From NCBI GenBank assembly GCA_964202895.1, contig CAXNJM010000002.1, positions 1 through 64,000 of the forward strand: a stretch of 64,000 nucleotides of DNA, in the 5' to 3' direction. Positions 19,837-27,660 of this stretch are shown here, in pieces. Origin of the DNA: Rickettsiales bacterium UBA1997 (GTDB lineage Bacteria > Pseudomonadota > Alphaproteobacteria > Rickettsiales > UBA1997). A program made the translations under genes and the position numbers. The first letter of the stretch is position 1, and each line of letters opens with the position of its first letter. The notes below the pieces were generated by a model. The model was not told the origin of the DNA. It did not search any database and saw only the letters and a list, made by a program, of their open reading frames with translations.

Positions 19837-19873
19837 TGTTATCACCCTCCCCTTGAGGGAGGGTGATAACACC
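19835..19873. promoter_or_regulatory. Perfect 17 bp-stem hairpin (ggtgttatcaccctccc / gggagggtgataacacc, 5 nt loop) upstream of gpx
   Basis: Read directly; GC-rich relative to its surroundings; 65 bp upstream of the gpx start. Confidence 0.6.
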
Positions 19874-19939
19874 GATAATGAATTAAGCATCAACCCATTA
19901 ATAAAACAACCCATAATTTTTAACTCAATTTACAATAAA

Positions 19940-20494
19940 ATGAAATTTTTTAAAATAACCCTAATATCGCTATTACTAGCTAGTCTTAGCTCTTTTAGTT
20001 TTGGAGCAAATATGACAATTTCAAATGCTTATCAATTTTCACTTACATCAATTGACGATAAAGCAATCAATTTGTCAGATTTTAAAGGAAAAGTAATGCT
20101 CATTGTAAACACCGCTTCAAAGTGTGGCCTTACTACTCAATATAAAGATTTACAAGAATTACACGAAAAATATAAAAATAAAGGTTTGGTTATAATCGCT
20201 GTTCCGTCGGCAGATTTTGCGAATCAGGAATTTGCTCAAACTTCACAAGTAAAAGAATTTACCGCTAAAGAATTTCGCATTACCTTTCCTTTAACTACAA
20301 TTACAAAAGTTAAGGGCGAAAATGCCCATCCATTCTACTTATGGGCAAATAATAAGGCTGGTTTTATAGGTTCTCCTAAATGGAATTTTCATAAATATTT
20401 AATCGATAAAAATGGTAATTTTGTGGCTTGGTTTTCTTCGTCAACTAAACCTAATTCACCAATAATAATTAAAAAAATTGAAGAACTATTATGA
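19940..20494 (+). CDS. gpx: Glutathione peroxidase (signal peptide-bearing)
   Basis: The start is taken at MKFFKITLISLLLASLSS. LIVNTASKCGLTTQY active-site region with Cys in place of Sec; FPLTT...NFHKYLIDKNG. Confidence 0.85.
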   Translation: MKFFKITLISLLLASLSSFSFGANMTISNAYQFSLTSIDDKAINLSDFKGKVMLIVNTASKCGLTTQYKDLQELHEKYKNKGLVIIAVPSADFANQEFAQTSQVKEFTAKEFRITFPLTTITKVKGENAHPFYLWANNKAGFIGSPKWNFHKYLIDKNGNFVAWFSSSTKPNSPIIIKKIEELL

Positions 20495-20865
20495 TAGCAA
20501 ATGACAATGAAGCTAAAAATGTTTTAGGTACAAAACTAGAACCATGCTGCTTCGAGCCAAAAACAGGTTTTTATCGAGATGGTTTTTGTAATACCGACCA
20601 TAATGATCGCGGTAGGCATATAATTTGTGCTATTATGACGGATGAATTTTTAGAATTTAGCAAAAAAATGGGCAATGATCTTATTACTCCCATTCCTGAA
20701 TATAATTTTGTTGGCCTAAAAGCTGGCGATAAATGGTGCTTATGCATTTTGAGATGGATAGAGGCATTGAAAAATAAAGTTGCCCCTAGAATCATCCTAG
20801 AGAGTTGCCATCAAAAGTGCCTTGAATATGTTTCAATTGAAGAGCTAAAAGACAATTCTAAATAA
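20491..20865 (+). CDS. DUF2237 family protein
   Basis: 124 aa; NVLGTKLEPCC...GFYRDGFCNT...H.ICA.MTDEFL pattern of DUF2237. Confidence 0.55.
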   Translation: MIANDNEAKNVLGTKLEPCCFEPKTGFYRDGFCNTDHNDRGRHIICAIMTDEFLEFSKKMGNDLITPIPEYNFVGLKAGDKWCLCILRWIEALKNKVAPRIILESCHQKCLEYVSIEELKDNSK

Positions 20866-20961
20866 ATGTTAGAGCGAGCTTAAGCCTGATTTGGTTGGCA
20901 TTGATAAAATTACCTTTATCTTCAATCATCTTTATAATGCCATTAACCAGCTCTACAATTT

Positions 20962-21336
20962 TTAAGAAATTAATAGAATTAGAATATATTTAAAAAAGAA
21001 GCTGATTGCCAATATTATAACCGACATCCACCATACAATTTTGTTAAATTTTTTGGTTTTATTGCATATCTCAGCTAATTTCTTATCAGCTGGGCATGTC
21101 TGTGGTTTGATAAAGATAAAATATCCGCCAATTAAAAGAAGATTCGTAGCTATAGTAAATAAATATAAACTTCTTTCAGCTAACCATGTAATAAAAGGGA
21201 AGTTTGCGGTTAAGTTAGCAAAAACCGCCCCAATTCCTAATGTTACTAAAATTATTGGTAATGCACAGCAAAGAATTGTCGAAACGGAAGTAAATAATCC
21301 AAAAAACGGGAGCAACGATTCTTTTATCTTAATCAT
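20962..21336 (-). CDS. MerT-family metal transport membrane protein
   Basis: 124 aa. TM1 with CCALPIILVTLG. Loop Cys pair KPQTCPADKKLAEIC. Collinear with Tn501 MerT (CCLGPLVLIALG / CKPGEVC). Confidence 0.65.
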   Translation of the reverse strand: MIKIKESLLPFFGLFTSVSTILCCALPIILVTLGIGAVFANLTANFPFITWLAERSLYLFTIATNLLLIGGYFIFIKPQTCPADKKLAEICNKTKKFNKIVWWMSVIILAISFFFKYILILLIS

Positions 21337-21346
21337 ATTAAAAGCC

Positions 21347-21634
21347 CTAACGATTAATTTTAACTACATTGTAGCCATTATTAACTATGATATCTTTGAT
21401 AATTTCATCGGATAAATCTTTGCCATCTTGAAAAGTTAGAAATACTTTCTTTTGATCTAAATCAACCCTAACCTTCTTGATTTCATCTCTTTTGTTAAAG
21501 TTTTTTTCTATTGTGACAACACAAAATTCACAAACTAAACCATTTACATCAATATTAATTTCCTTAGCAAAAACAGAAGAAATATTGATTAAAAATATAA
21601 GCGAAAAAACAGTAATAAATTTTTTAAACATCAT
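21347..21634 (-). CDS. Periplasmic heavy-metal-associated (HMA) protein, MerP-like
   Basis: 95 aa; signal peptide; metal-binding GLVCEFC (CxxC) in a ferredoxin-like fold. Its start overlaps the upstream stop (TAATG). Confidence 0.65.
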   Translation of the reverse strand: MMFKKFITVFSLIFLINISSVFAKEINIDVNGLVCEFCVVTIEKNFNKRDEIKKVRVDLDQKKVFLTFQDGKDLSDEIIKDIIVNNGYNVVKINR

Positions 21635-23154
21635 TAAAACCTTGCAATAAAATTAAATAAAATTCTCTTATTAGAGCTTACTCCAAATTCAGCTAAATGA
21701 GCTCCTTTAAAGATTCTAACAAGAGGGGTGGCAATTACTTTGTCCCCTTTAAATTCTGGTTGATGAGAAGCTTGAAGCATCAACCAAGTATGAAGATTGC
21801 CATAATTAGCTACATAAGGGGCGATACCAATTCTTGCTGATTGCTCAAAATTACTAAGAATATCTCCGTCAGATTTATAATATTTGTTTTCGTAAGAGAT
21901 GAAATATTTTCTAGTCTCAAAGTCTCCGGCAATTCCCACAAAGCCGTATAATTCATTTTTTCCTGATTTATTAGCATTGCCAATATTTGATTCAAGATAA
22001 AGATTTCCTTGTGAGGATGGTAAGTTCCACCTTTTAATCAGATTATTTAATTGAATGCCATTTAGGGCTATTTGATTTTTTCTAAAATATTCTCCTTTAT
22101 AGCCAACTGAGTATTTGTAGCTTGGTGAGTAATGGGCATGAATAGAATTTTTCATGGCATCATTCATTTGCATGATTGTCTTGCCTCCTGAGTAGGAAAT
22201 TGGACGACTAAAAACATTGCTCGCAAGAAATGACAAAAATATTGTTAGAGTCAAAAATAATCTCAATCTAATTTTTTCGTAAGTTAGATAGTTACCCTTC
22301 TTACTTGCCATTTTAGGATTATTCGAAAAAATCAGGGTGTTTGAATCTGATTTAGCAACATCTCTTAAGGTGTCTCTGTAATCAATTCCAGCTATAAATT
22401 CAAGTATATAATGAGGATCAATATTTTTCTCTTTAAGTTGATCTAAGGCCTCAGAAAGGCCCTTGCTAATCACTCTTCTCTGTATTGCATAAGATTCAGC
22501 CTTCAATTCAAGGCTTCTGGCTTCAGCTTCTGCTTCACCAACAAGTAATATTTTTTTGGCTTCTGCCTGATTTCTTGAGGCATCAAGTTGTCTTTGAGAT
22601 GCAATTACATTGTTGTAGGCTTCTTTAACCTCTGGAGATGGCTCTGGTTCATCAACTAAAATATCAATTATTTCATAGCCATATTCTTCTATTTTGCTGT
22701 GCAAAGATTCAGTGACATGCTGAGCAATTTCATTCTTTTTAGTGTATATATCTTCTAAATCTAAGGTTGCTGCTTTTGATCTAATAGTATTTAAAATAAA
22801 AGCATTTATCTGATTAATTGGGTTATCAAGTTTATAAAAAGATTCTGCAATCTTATCTTCAATTACCTTTAATTGAGTTATTACGGGCAGTTTAATGAAG
22901 GCATTATCTTTGGTTTTTATTCCTAATTCATGATTTGATTGGGTAATTCTAAGGCTTGCTTTTTGAGCTACTACACTAATTGGGTAGGGAAGTTTGAAAT
23001 TTAAACCGGGCTTTGCAAGGCCAATAAATTTACCAAATCTTTCGATTATGGATACCCTTTGTTGCTCTACAATAAACAAAACTCCAGATGAAAATAGAAT
23101 GAAGAGAATTCCGATTACAACAATAATGGGTGTTAGTATAGATGTTAGCAACAT
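21634..23154 (-). CDS. SPFH/band-7 domain protein fused in frame to a C-terminal outer-membrane beta-barrel-like domain
   Basis: aa 1-281: TM plus the SPFH core (VEQQRVSIIERFGKF). From the internal Met at 22311: a signal-peptide-like segment MASKKGNYLTYEKIRLRLFLTLTIFLSFLASNVFS. Then alternating-hydrophobic strands ending in a C-terminal Phe (ILFNFIARF). Confidence 0.6.
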   Translation of the reverse strand: MLLTSILTPIIVVIGILFILFSSGVLFIVEQQRVSIIERFGKFIGLAKPGLNFKLPYPISVVAQKASLRITQSNHELGIKTKDNAFIKLPVITQLKVIEDKIAESFYKLDNPINQINAFILNTIRSKAATLDLEDIYTKKNEIAQHVTESLHSKIEEYGYEIIDILVDEPEPSPEVKEAYNNVIASQRQLDASRNQAEAKKILLVGEAEAEARSLELKAESYAIQRRVISKGLSEALDQLKEKNIDPHYILEFIAGIDYRDTLRDVAKSDSNTLIFSNNPKMASKKGNYLTYEKIRLRLFLTLTIFLSFLASNVFSRPISYSGGKTIMQMNDAMKNSIHAHYSPSYKYSVGYKGEYFRKNQIALNGIQLNNLIKRWNLPSSQGNLYLESNIGNANKSGKNELYGFVGIAGDFETRKYFISYENKYYKSDGDILSNFEQSARIGIAPYVANYGNLHTWLMLQASHQPEFKGDKVIATPLVRIFKGAHLAEFGVSSNKRILFNFIARF

Positions 23155-23783
23155 AGTAAATTGAAGGTTGGTTGAATATGAGATTCCAATTTATAATTAA
23201 AATTTAAAACAACAAGTTGTTTGTGAATTGGTTTCGAAATAAAACAAGTGATATAGAATTTTCAAGAAGCTTTATCAATAATGGCTCTAATGCTGTTTTG
23301 GAATATGAAATAGAAAAAGTTTTCAGAGTGTTGCAAATGCTTATTTTTCTAAACTCGCCTTGTTATTAATAAATTTAGAACCAATATTGGAGAAATAAAT
23401 AAAACCTTGCAATAGCTTAGATATTGCTTTGGTTAATATTTTTTATTTAATTTTATTGGGGATCGGATTTGAATCCCTGTTTAGGATTCTTATTGTTCAA
23501 ATTAAGGTTGTTTCTGTTTAAAAGTAACTAAAGAAATTAATGGCATTTTATTCGTAGTTTATTAGCATTATTTATACCAATAATTTAAGTTAGAAAAAAA
23601 ACTTACCTCTACTAATCATCACCCCAATCGCCTGCTATCATCAAATCGCCACCATTCACCCAAATGGCTTGAAACTGGTTTTATTGAAGCGAGCTTTAAA
23701 AGCGAAAAGAATCGTGGTTATTTTTTGGGCAAGAAGTGGCGGGGAATAATTGAATAATTTAAAAATCTAAATTCTTAAAAAAA

Positions 23784-25358
23784 ATGAACAGCGAACAAAT
23801 CAAGCAACTCGAAAAAGAACTTTGGGATTCTGCCGATAATCTCCGCGCTAACTCCAAATTAACAGCCGCAGAATACAAAGACCCGGTTCTTGGATTAATC
23901 CTTCTGCGCTATGCCCAAAATCGTTTTGAAGAAGCAAAAATTGCTATTGAAGAAAAAATTCCGTCAAACCCAAGAGGCAAACGCCCCGCCACTCAAGCAG
24001 ATTTTCTTGCTTCTGGCGCCATGATGCTTCCCGAAAAATCACAATATGGCTATCTCGCCAATTTGCCTGAAGGTGCAGACATCTGCGAAGCCTTGAACGA
24101 AGCCATGCGCCTTATCGAAGAAAACTACGCCGACCTTGCCGGAATTTTGCCAAAAAATTATCAAGAATTAGATGCAGAATTACTGCGCGAGCTGATCCGT
24201 GTTTTCAACAAAGACTCGGTCAAAAAACTTAAAGGCGACATCTTTGGTCGTATTTACGAATTTTTCTTAATGAAATTTTCTATGAGCGGTGCCGGTGCGC
24301 AAGAGGGCGGAGAATTCTTTACGCCACCATCTTTGGTGCAATTAATCGTCAATTTTATTCAGCCAGATCACGGCATCATCCACGACCCAGCCTGCGGATC
24401 GGGCGGTATGTTTGTGCAAACTGGTCATTTCGTAGAAAATCACAGCAAAAAAGCAGTCAATGAGGCCATCAAAGTTTACGGCACCGAGCTAAAATCTAAC
24501 AACACCCGCCTCGCCAAAATGAACCTCGCCATTCATGGCATCGAGGGCAAAATTATTGAGAGCAACAGTTTCTATTCCGACCCGCACAACCTTGTTGGCA
24601 AATGTGATTTTGTAATGGCAAACCCACCTTTCAATGTGAATAAAGTCGATAAAGGCAAAGACTTCGTAAAAACCGACAAGCGTTTATTTGGCGATATTGG
24701 TCTGCCCAAAGCCGACAATGGCAACTATTTGTGGATTCAATATTTTTATCATTATCTAAATGCCAAAGGTCGCGCCGGCTTTGTTATGGCATCTTCGGCA
24801 ACTGATGCTGGAAATAGCGAAAAATTAATTCGTCAAAAATTAATCGAAACGGGAGGCGTGGATTGCATTGTTGCGGTGGGCAATAATTTCTTCTACACCC
24901 GCTCGCTACCTTGCCATTTATGGTTTTTGGATCGCGGCAAAGCAGAAAAAAACAAGAATAAAATTTTGATGATTGATGCCAGAAACACCTTCCGTCAAAT
25001 TAACACCACACTTCGTGATTTTTCACCCGAGCAAATGCAAGGCTTAACCGCAATAATAAAATCTTATCGTGGCGAAAATGTTACTCAAGATTTTGCCAGC
25101 AATTCTTGGTTAAAAGAAACTTTCGCAAACGGAAAATATGAAGATGTTGAAGGCCTGTGCAAAATTGTTGATATGAAAGAGGTTGAAGAAAATGATTGGA
25201 GCCTAACTCCCGGAAGATATGTCGGCTATTCAATCACTCTTGATGAAGATTTTGATTATACCAAAAGACTTGGAGAAATTCACAGCGAGTTGAAAAGCTT
25301 GAATGATGAAGCTGTTGGTTTGATGGAGAAGATTTTGTCGGGGGCAAGATGCCGCTAA
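23784..25358 (+). CDS. hsdM: Type I restriction-modification system, N6-adenine methyltransferase subunit
   Basis: 524 aa; HsdM N-terminal domain, SAM motif DPACGSGGMF, catalytic NPPF. Confidence 0.9.
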   Translation: MNSEQIKQLEKELWDSADNLRANSKLTAAEYKDPVLGLILLRYAQNRFEEAKIAIEEKIPSNPRGKRPATQADFLASGAMMLPEKSQYGYLANLPEGADICEALNEAMRLIEENYADLAGILPKNYQELDAELLRELIRVFNKDSVKKLKGDIFGRIYEFFLMKFSMSGAGAQEGGEFFTPPSLVQLIVNFIQPDHGIIHDPACGSGGMFVQTGHFVENHSKKAVNEAIKVYGTELKSNNTRLAKMNLAIHGIEGKIIESNSFYSDPHNLVGKCDFVMANPPFNVNKVDKGKDFVKTDKRLFGDIGLPKADNGNYLWIQYFYHYLNAKGRAGFVMASSATDAGNSEKLIRQKLIETGGVDCIVAVGNNFFYTRSLPCHLWFLDRGKAEKNKNKILMIDARNTFRQINTTLRDFSPEQMQGLTAIIKSYRGENVTQDFASNSWLKETFANGKYEDVEGLCKIVDMKEVEENDWSLTPGRYVGYSITLDEDFDYTKRLGEIHSELKSLNDEAVGLMEKILSGARCR

Positions 25359-26377
25359 ATAAAACAAAAACACCAACACCGGCCATGAAAACAGAAATCG
25401 AAAAACCACAAATTTCAATTTATCAACCTCTTGGCGACGGCCAAAAAATTCGCGTTAGAATTGAAGATGAAAATGTTTGGCTCACTCAAAAATTAATCGC
25501 CGAGCTTTTCAAAATCAGCATTCCAACGGTTAATGAACATTTTAAAAACATTTTCGAAGAGCAAGAATTGACAGAAAATTCAGTTATTAGGAATTTCCTA
25601 ATAACTGCCAAAGACGGTAAAAATTACGACACCAAATATTACAACCTCGATGCAATATTGGCAGTTGGCTATCGCGTGCGCTCATCTCAAGGCGTGCAGT
25701 TTCGAAAATGGGCAACAGAAAGATTACGAGAATATCTAATCAAAGGCTTCACTATGGACGACGAGCTCTTAAAACAAGGTGGCGGTCGCTCACGCTATTT
25801 TGAAGAATTATTGCAGAGAATTCGCGACATCCGAAGCTCTGAGAGAATGTTCTACCAAAAAATCACCGACATTTACGCCTCAAGCATTGATTACAAACTA
25901 GATTCAGAGTTAACCCAAAAATTCTTCGCCACTGTGCAAAATAAAATGCACTTTGCCGTTCATGGCAAAACCGCCGCAGAAATTATCAACAGCCGTGCCA
26001 ATGCTAGCAAGCCATTGATGGGTTTAACTAGTTTTAAAAACGACTACATCACCGAAGGCGACACCAAAATTGCCAAAAATTATTTAACCGAAGACGAGAT
26101 AAAACAGCTCAATTTAATTGTGTCGCTCTACCTCGATTTTGCCGAGTTGCAAGCGAGTTCAGGAAAGTTGATGAAGATGCAAGATTGGATAAAAAAGCTC
26201 GATGAATTTTTGACAATTTCCGATAAAAATCTTTTGCAATCAGCGGAAAATATCAGTGCCAAAGATGCGGAAATTAAGGCGGAAGAAGAATTTGAAAAAT
26301 ACCGCCAAAATCAGGATAAAAATTATGTTTCTGATTTTGATAAAGAGATGAAGAAGATTTTGAAGGAGGTAGCGTGA
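25349..26377 (+). CDS. rhuM: RhuM-family protein embedded in the hsd operon
   Basis: 342 aa; VWLTQKLIAELFKISIPTVNEHFKNIFEE...YNLDAILAVGYRVRS characteristic of RhuM. Overlaps the hsdM stop and the hsdS start. Confidence 0.75.
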   Translation: MPLNKTKTPTPAMKTEIEKPQISIYQPLGDGQKIRVRIEDENVWLTQKLIAELFKISIPTVNEHFKNIFEEQELTENSVIRNFLITAKDGKNYDTKYYNLDAILAVGYRVRSSQGVQFRKWATERLREYLIKGFTMDDELLKQGGGRSRYFEELLQRIRDIRSSERMFYQKITDIYASSIDYKLDSELTQKFFATVQNKMHFAVHGKTAAEIINSRANASKPLMGLTSFKNDYITEGDTKIAKNYLTEDEIKQLNLIVSLYLDFAELQASSGKLMKMQDWIKKLDEFLTISDKNLLQSAENISAKDAEIKAEEEFEKYRQNQDKNYVSDFDKEMKKILKEVA

Positions 26378-27660
26378 TGAAGGGGTGGAGTAAGCGATCA
26401 ATAGGTGACATTGCAAAAGTTACTTCGAGTAAGCGTATTTTTCTTAGCGATTATGTTGAATTCGGAATTCCTTTTTGGAGATCTAAAGAGGTAATAGAGC
26501 AATTTCATGGGAAAAATGTTTCAACGGAGCTGTTCATTGCCAAAGAAAAATATAATGAAATAAAAGCAAAATTTGGCGTTCCAAACAAAGGAGACATTCT
26601 ATTAACCAGCGTTGGCACTGTTGGGGTTCCACATCTCGTTAGAAATGATTCACCATTTTATTTTAAAGATGGAAATCTGACTTGGGTCAAAGATATTATT
26701 GAAGAAGTAGAGCCTTATTACATTTATCTTTGGCTTTCGTCCAATGTTGGGCAAAAAGAGATCCAAAATAATCTTATAGGTTCGTCCCAAAAAGCGCTTA
26801 CGATTGATTCTTTAAAAAAAATAAAAATCCCACTCCCGCCACTCCCACTTCAAAAGAAAATTGCGGGGATTTTATCGGCTTATGATGACTTGATCGAAAA
26901 CAATTTAAGGGCACTCAAGTTGCTGGAAGAAATGGCACAAATCACCTACGAAGAATGGTTCGTGCGCCTCCGCTTCCCCGGCCACGCCACAACCCCAATC
27001 AATCCCACAACTGGCTTGCCTGAGGGGTGGAAGAAAGTTAAACTACGAGAAGTCCTGAAACTAAATTATGGTAAAGCTTTAAAAGCAGATACTCGTATTC
27101 AAGGCAGTATTCCTGTTTATGGATCGTCAGGAATAGTTGGGATGCATAATTTTGCTTTAGTTGATGGGGTGGGAATAATCGTAGGGCGCAAAGGTAATGT
27201 CGGAAGTGTTTTTTGGTCACATGACAGCTTTTATCCAATAGACACCGTCTATTTTGTAACCTCTTTGCATGAACTGCATTTTCTTTACTACGCTCTCAGA
27301 AATTCTAAATTTGATAATAGCGATGCCGCCGTTCCAGGACTTAATCGTGATGCTGCGTATGCAGTTGAAATAACTCTGCCTCCAAAAAATATTGAAAAGC
27401 ATTTTGCTGATTTGGTGGAGCAGAATTTTTTAACCATTCAATTATTTGAAGAGCAAAACCAACGCCTTCGCGAAGCTCGTGATATCTTACTTCCACGCCT
27501 AATGACGGGAGTCATTGATGTTGAAAAATATCCCGCCGTCGTCATGCCGTTGCAAAACGGCACCCAGAAAGAGGTAGGGCTGGGTCCCGACTTTCGTCGG
27601 GATGACGGTAAGGGTCGAGATGACGGAACTAAAAATAATAACAATGAGGTAAAGCTATGA
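26374..27660 (+). CDS. hsdS: Type I R-M specificity subunit with RPE-encoded C-terminal tail
   Basis: 428 aa. Two TRDs. Central conserved LPPLPLQKKIAGILSAYDDLIENN. The C-terminal 35 aa (VMPLQNGTQKEVGLGPDFRRDDGKGRDDG...) are encoded by the RPE at 27533-27625. Confidence 0.85.
   Translation: MMKGWSKRSIGDIAKVTSSKRIFLSDYVEFGIPFWRSKEVIEQFHGKNVSTELFIAKEKYNEIKAKFGVPNKGDILLTSVGTVGVPHLVRNDSPFYFKDGNLTWVKDIIEEVEPYYIYLWLSSNVGQKEIQNNLIGSSQKALTIDSLKKIKIPLPPLPLQKKIAGILSAYDDLIENNLRALKLLEEMAQITYEEWFVRLRFPGHATTPINPTTGLPEGWKKVKLREVLKLNYGKALKADTRIQGSIPVYGSSGIVGMHNFALVDGVGIIVGRKGNVGSVFWSHDSFYPIDTVYFVTSLHELHFLYYALRNSKFDNSDAAVPGLNRDAAYAVEITLPPKNIEKHFADLVEQNFLTIQLFEEQNQRLREARDILLPRLMTGVIDVEKYPAVVMPLQNGTQKEVGLGPDFRRDDGKGRDDGTKNNNNEVKL
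27533..27625. repeat. RPE-like element inserted in frame at the hsdS 3' end
   Basis: cgtcatgccgttgcaaaacggcacccagaaagag...gggtcccgactttcgtcgggatgacgg. Confidence 0.7.

Noticed and set aside
20962-21634. Interpretation of the merP/merT pair as a mercury resistance operon
   Set aside because: No merA or merR in the vicinity; annotated instead as a MerT/MerP-family metal transport module of unknown specificity
23458-23490. ggggatcggatttgaatccc resembling a tRNA T-arm, a possible tRNA remnant marking the hsd island boundary
   Set aside because: Neither strand folds into a proper 5 bp stem plus 7 nt T-loop with flanking acceptor sequence
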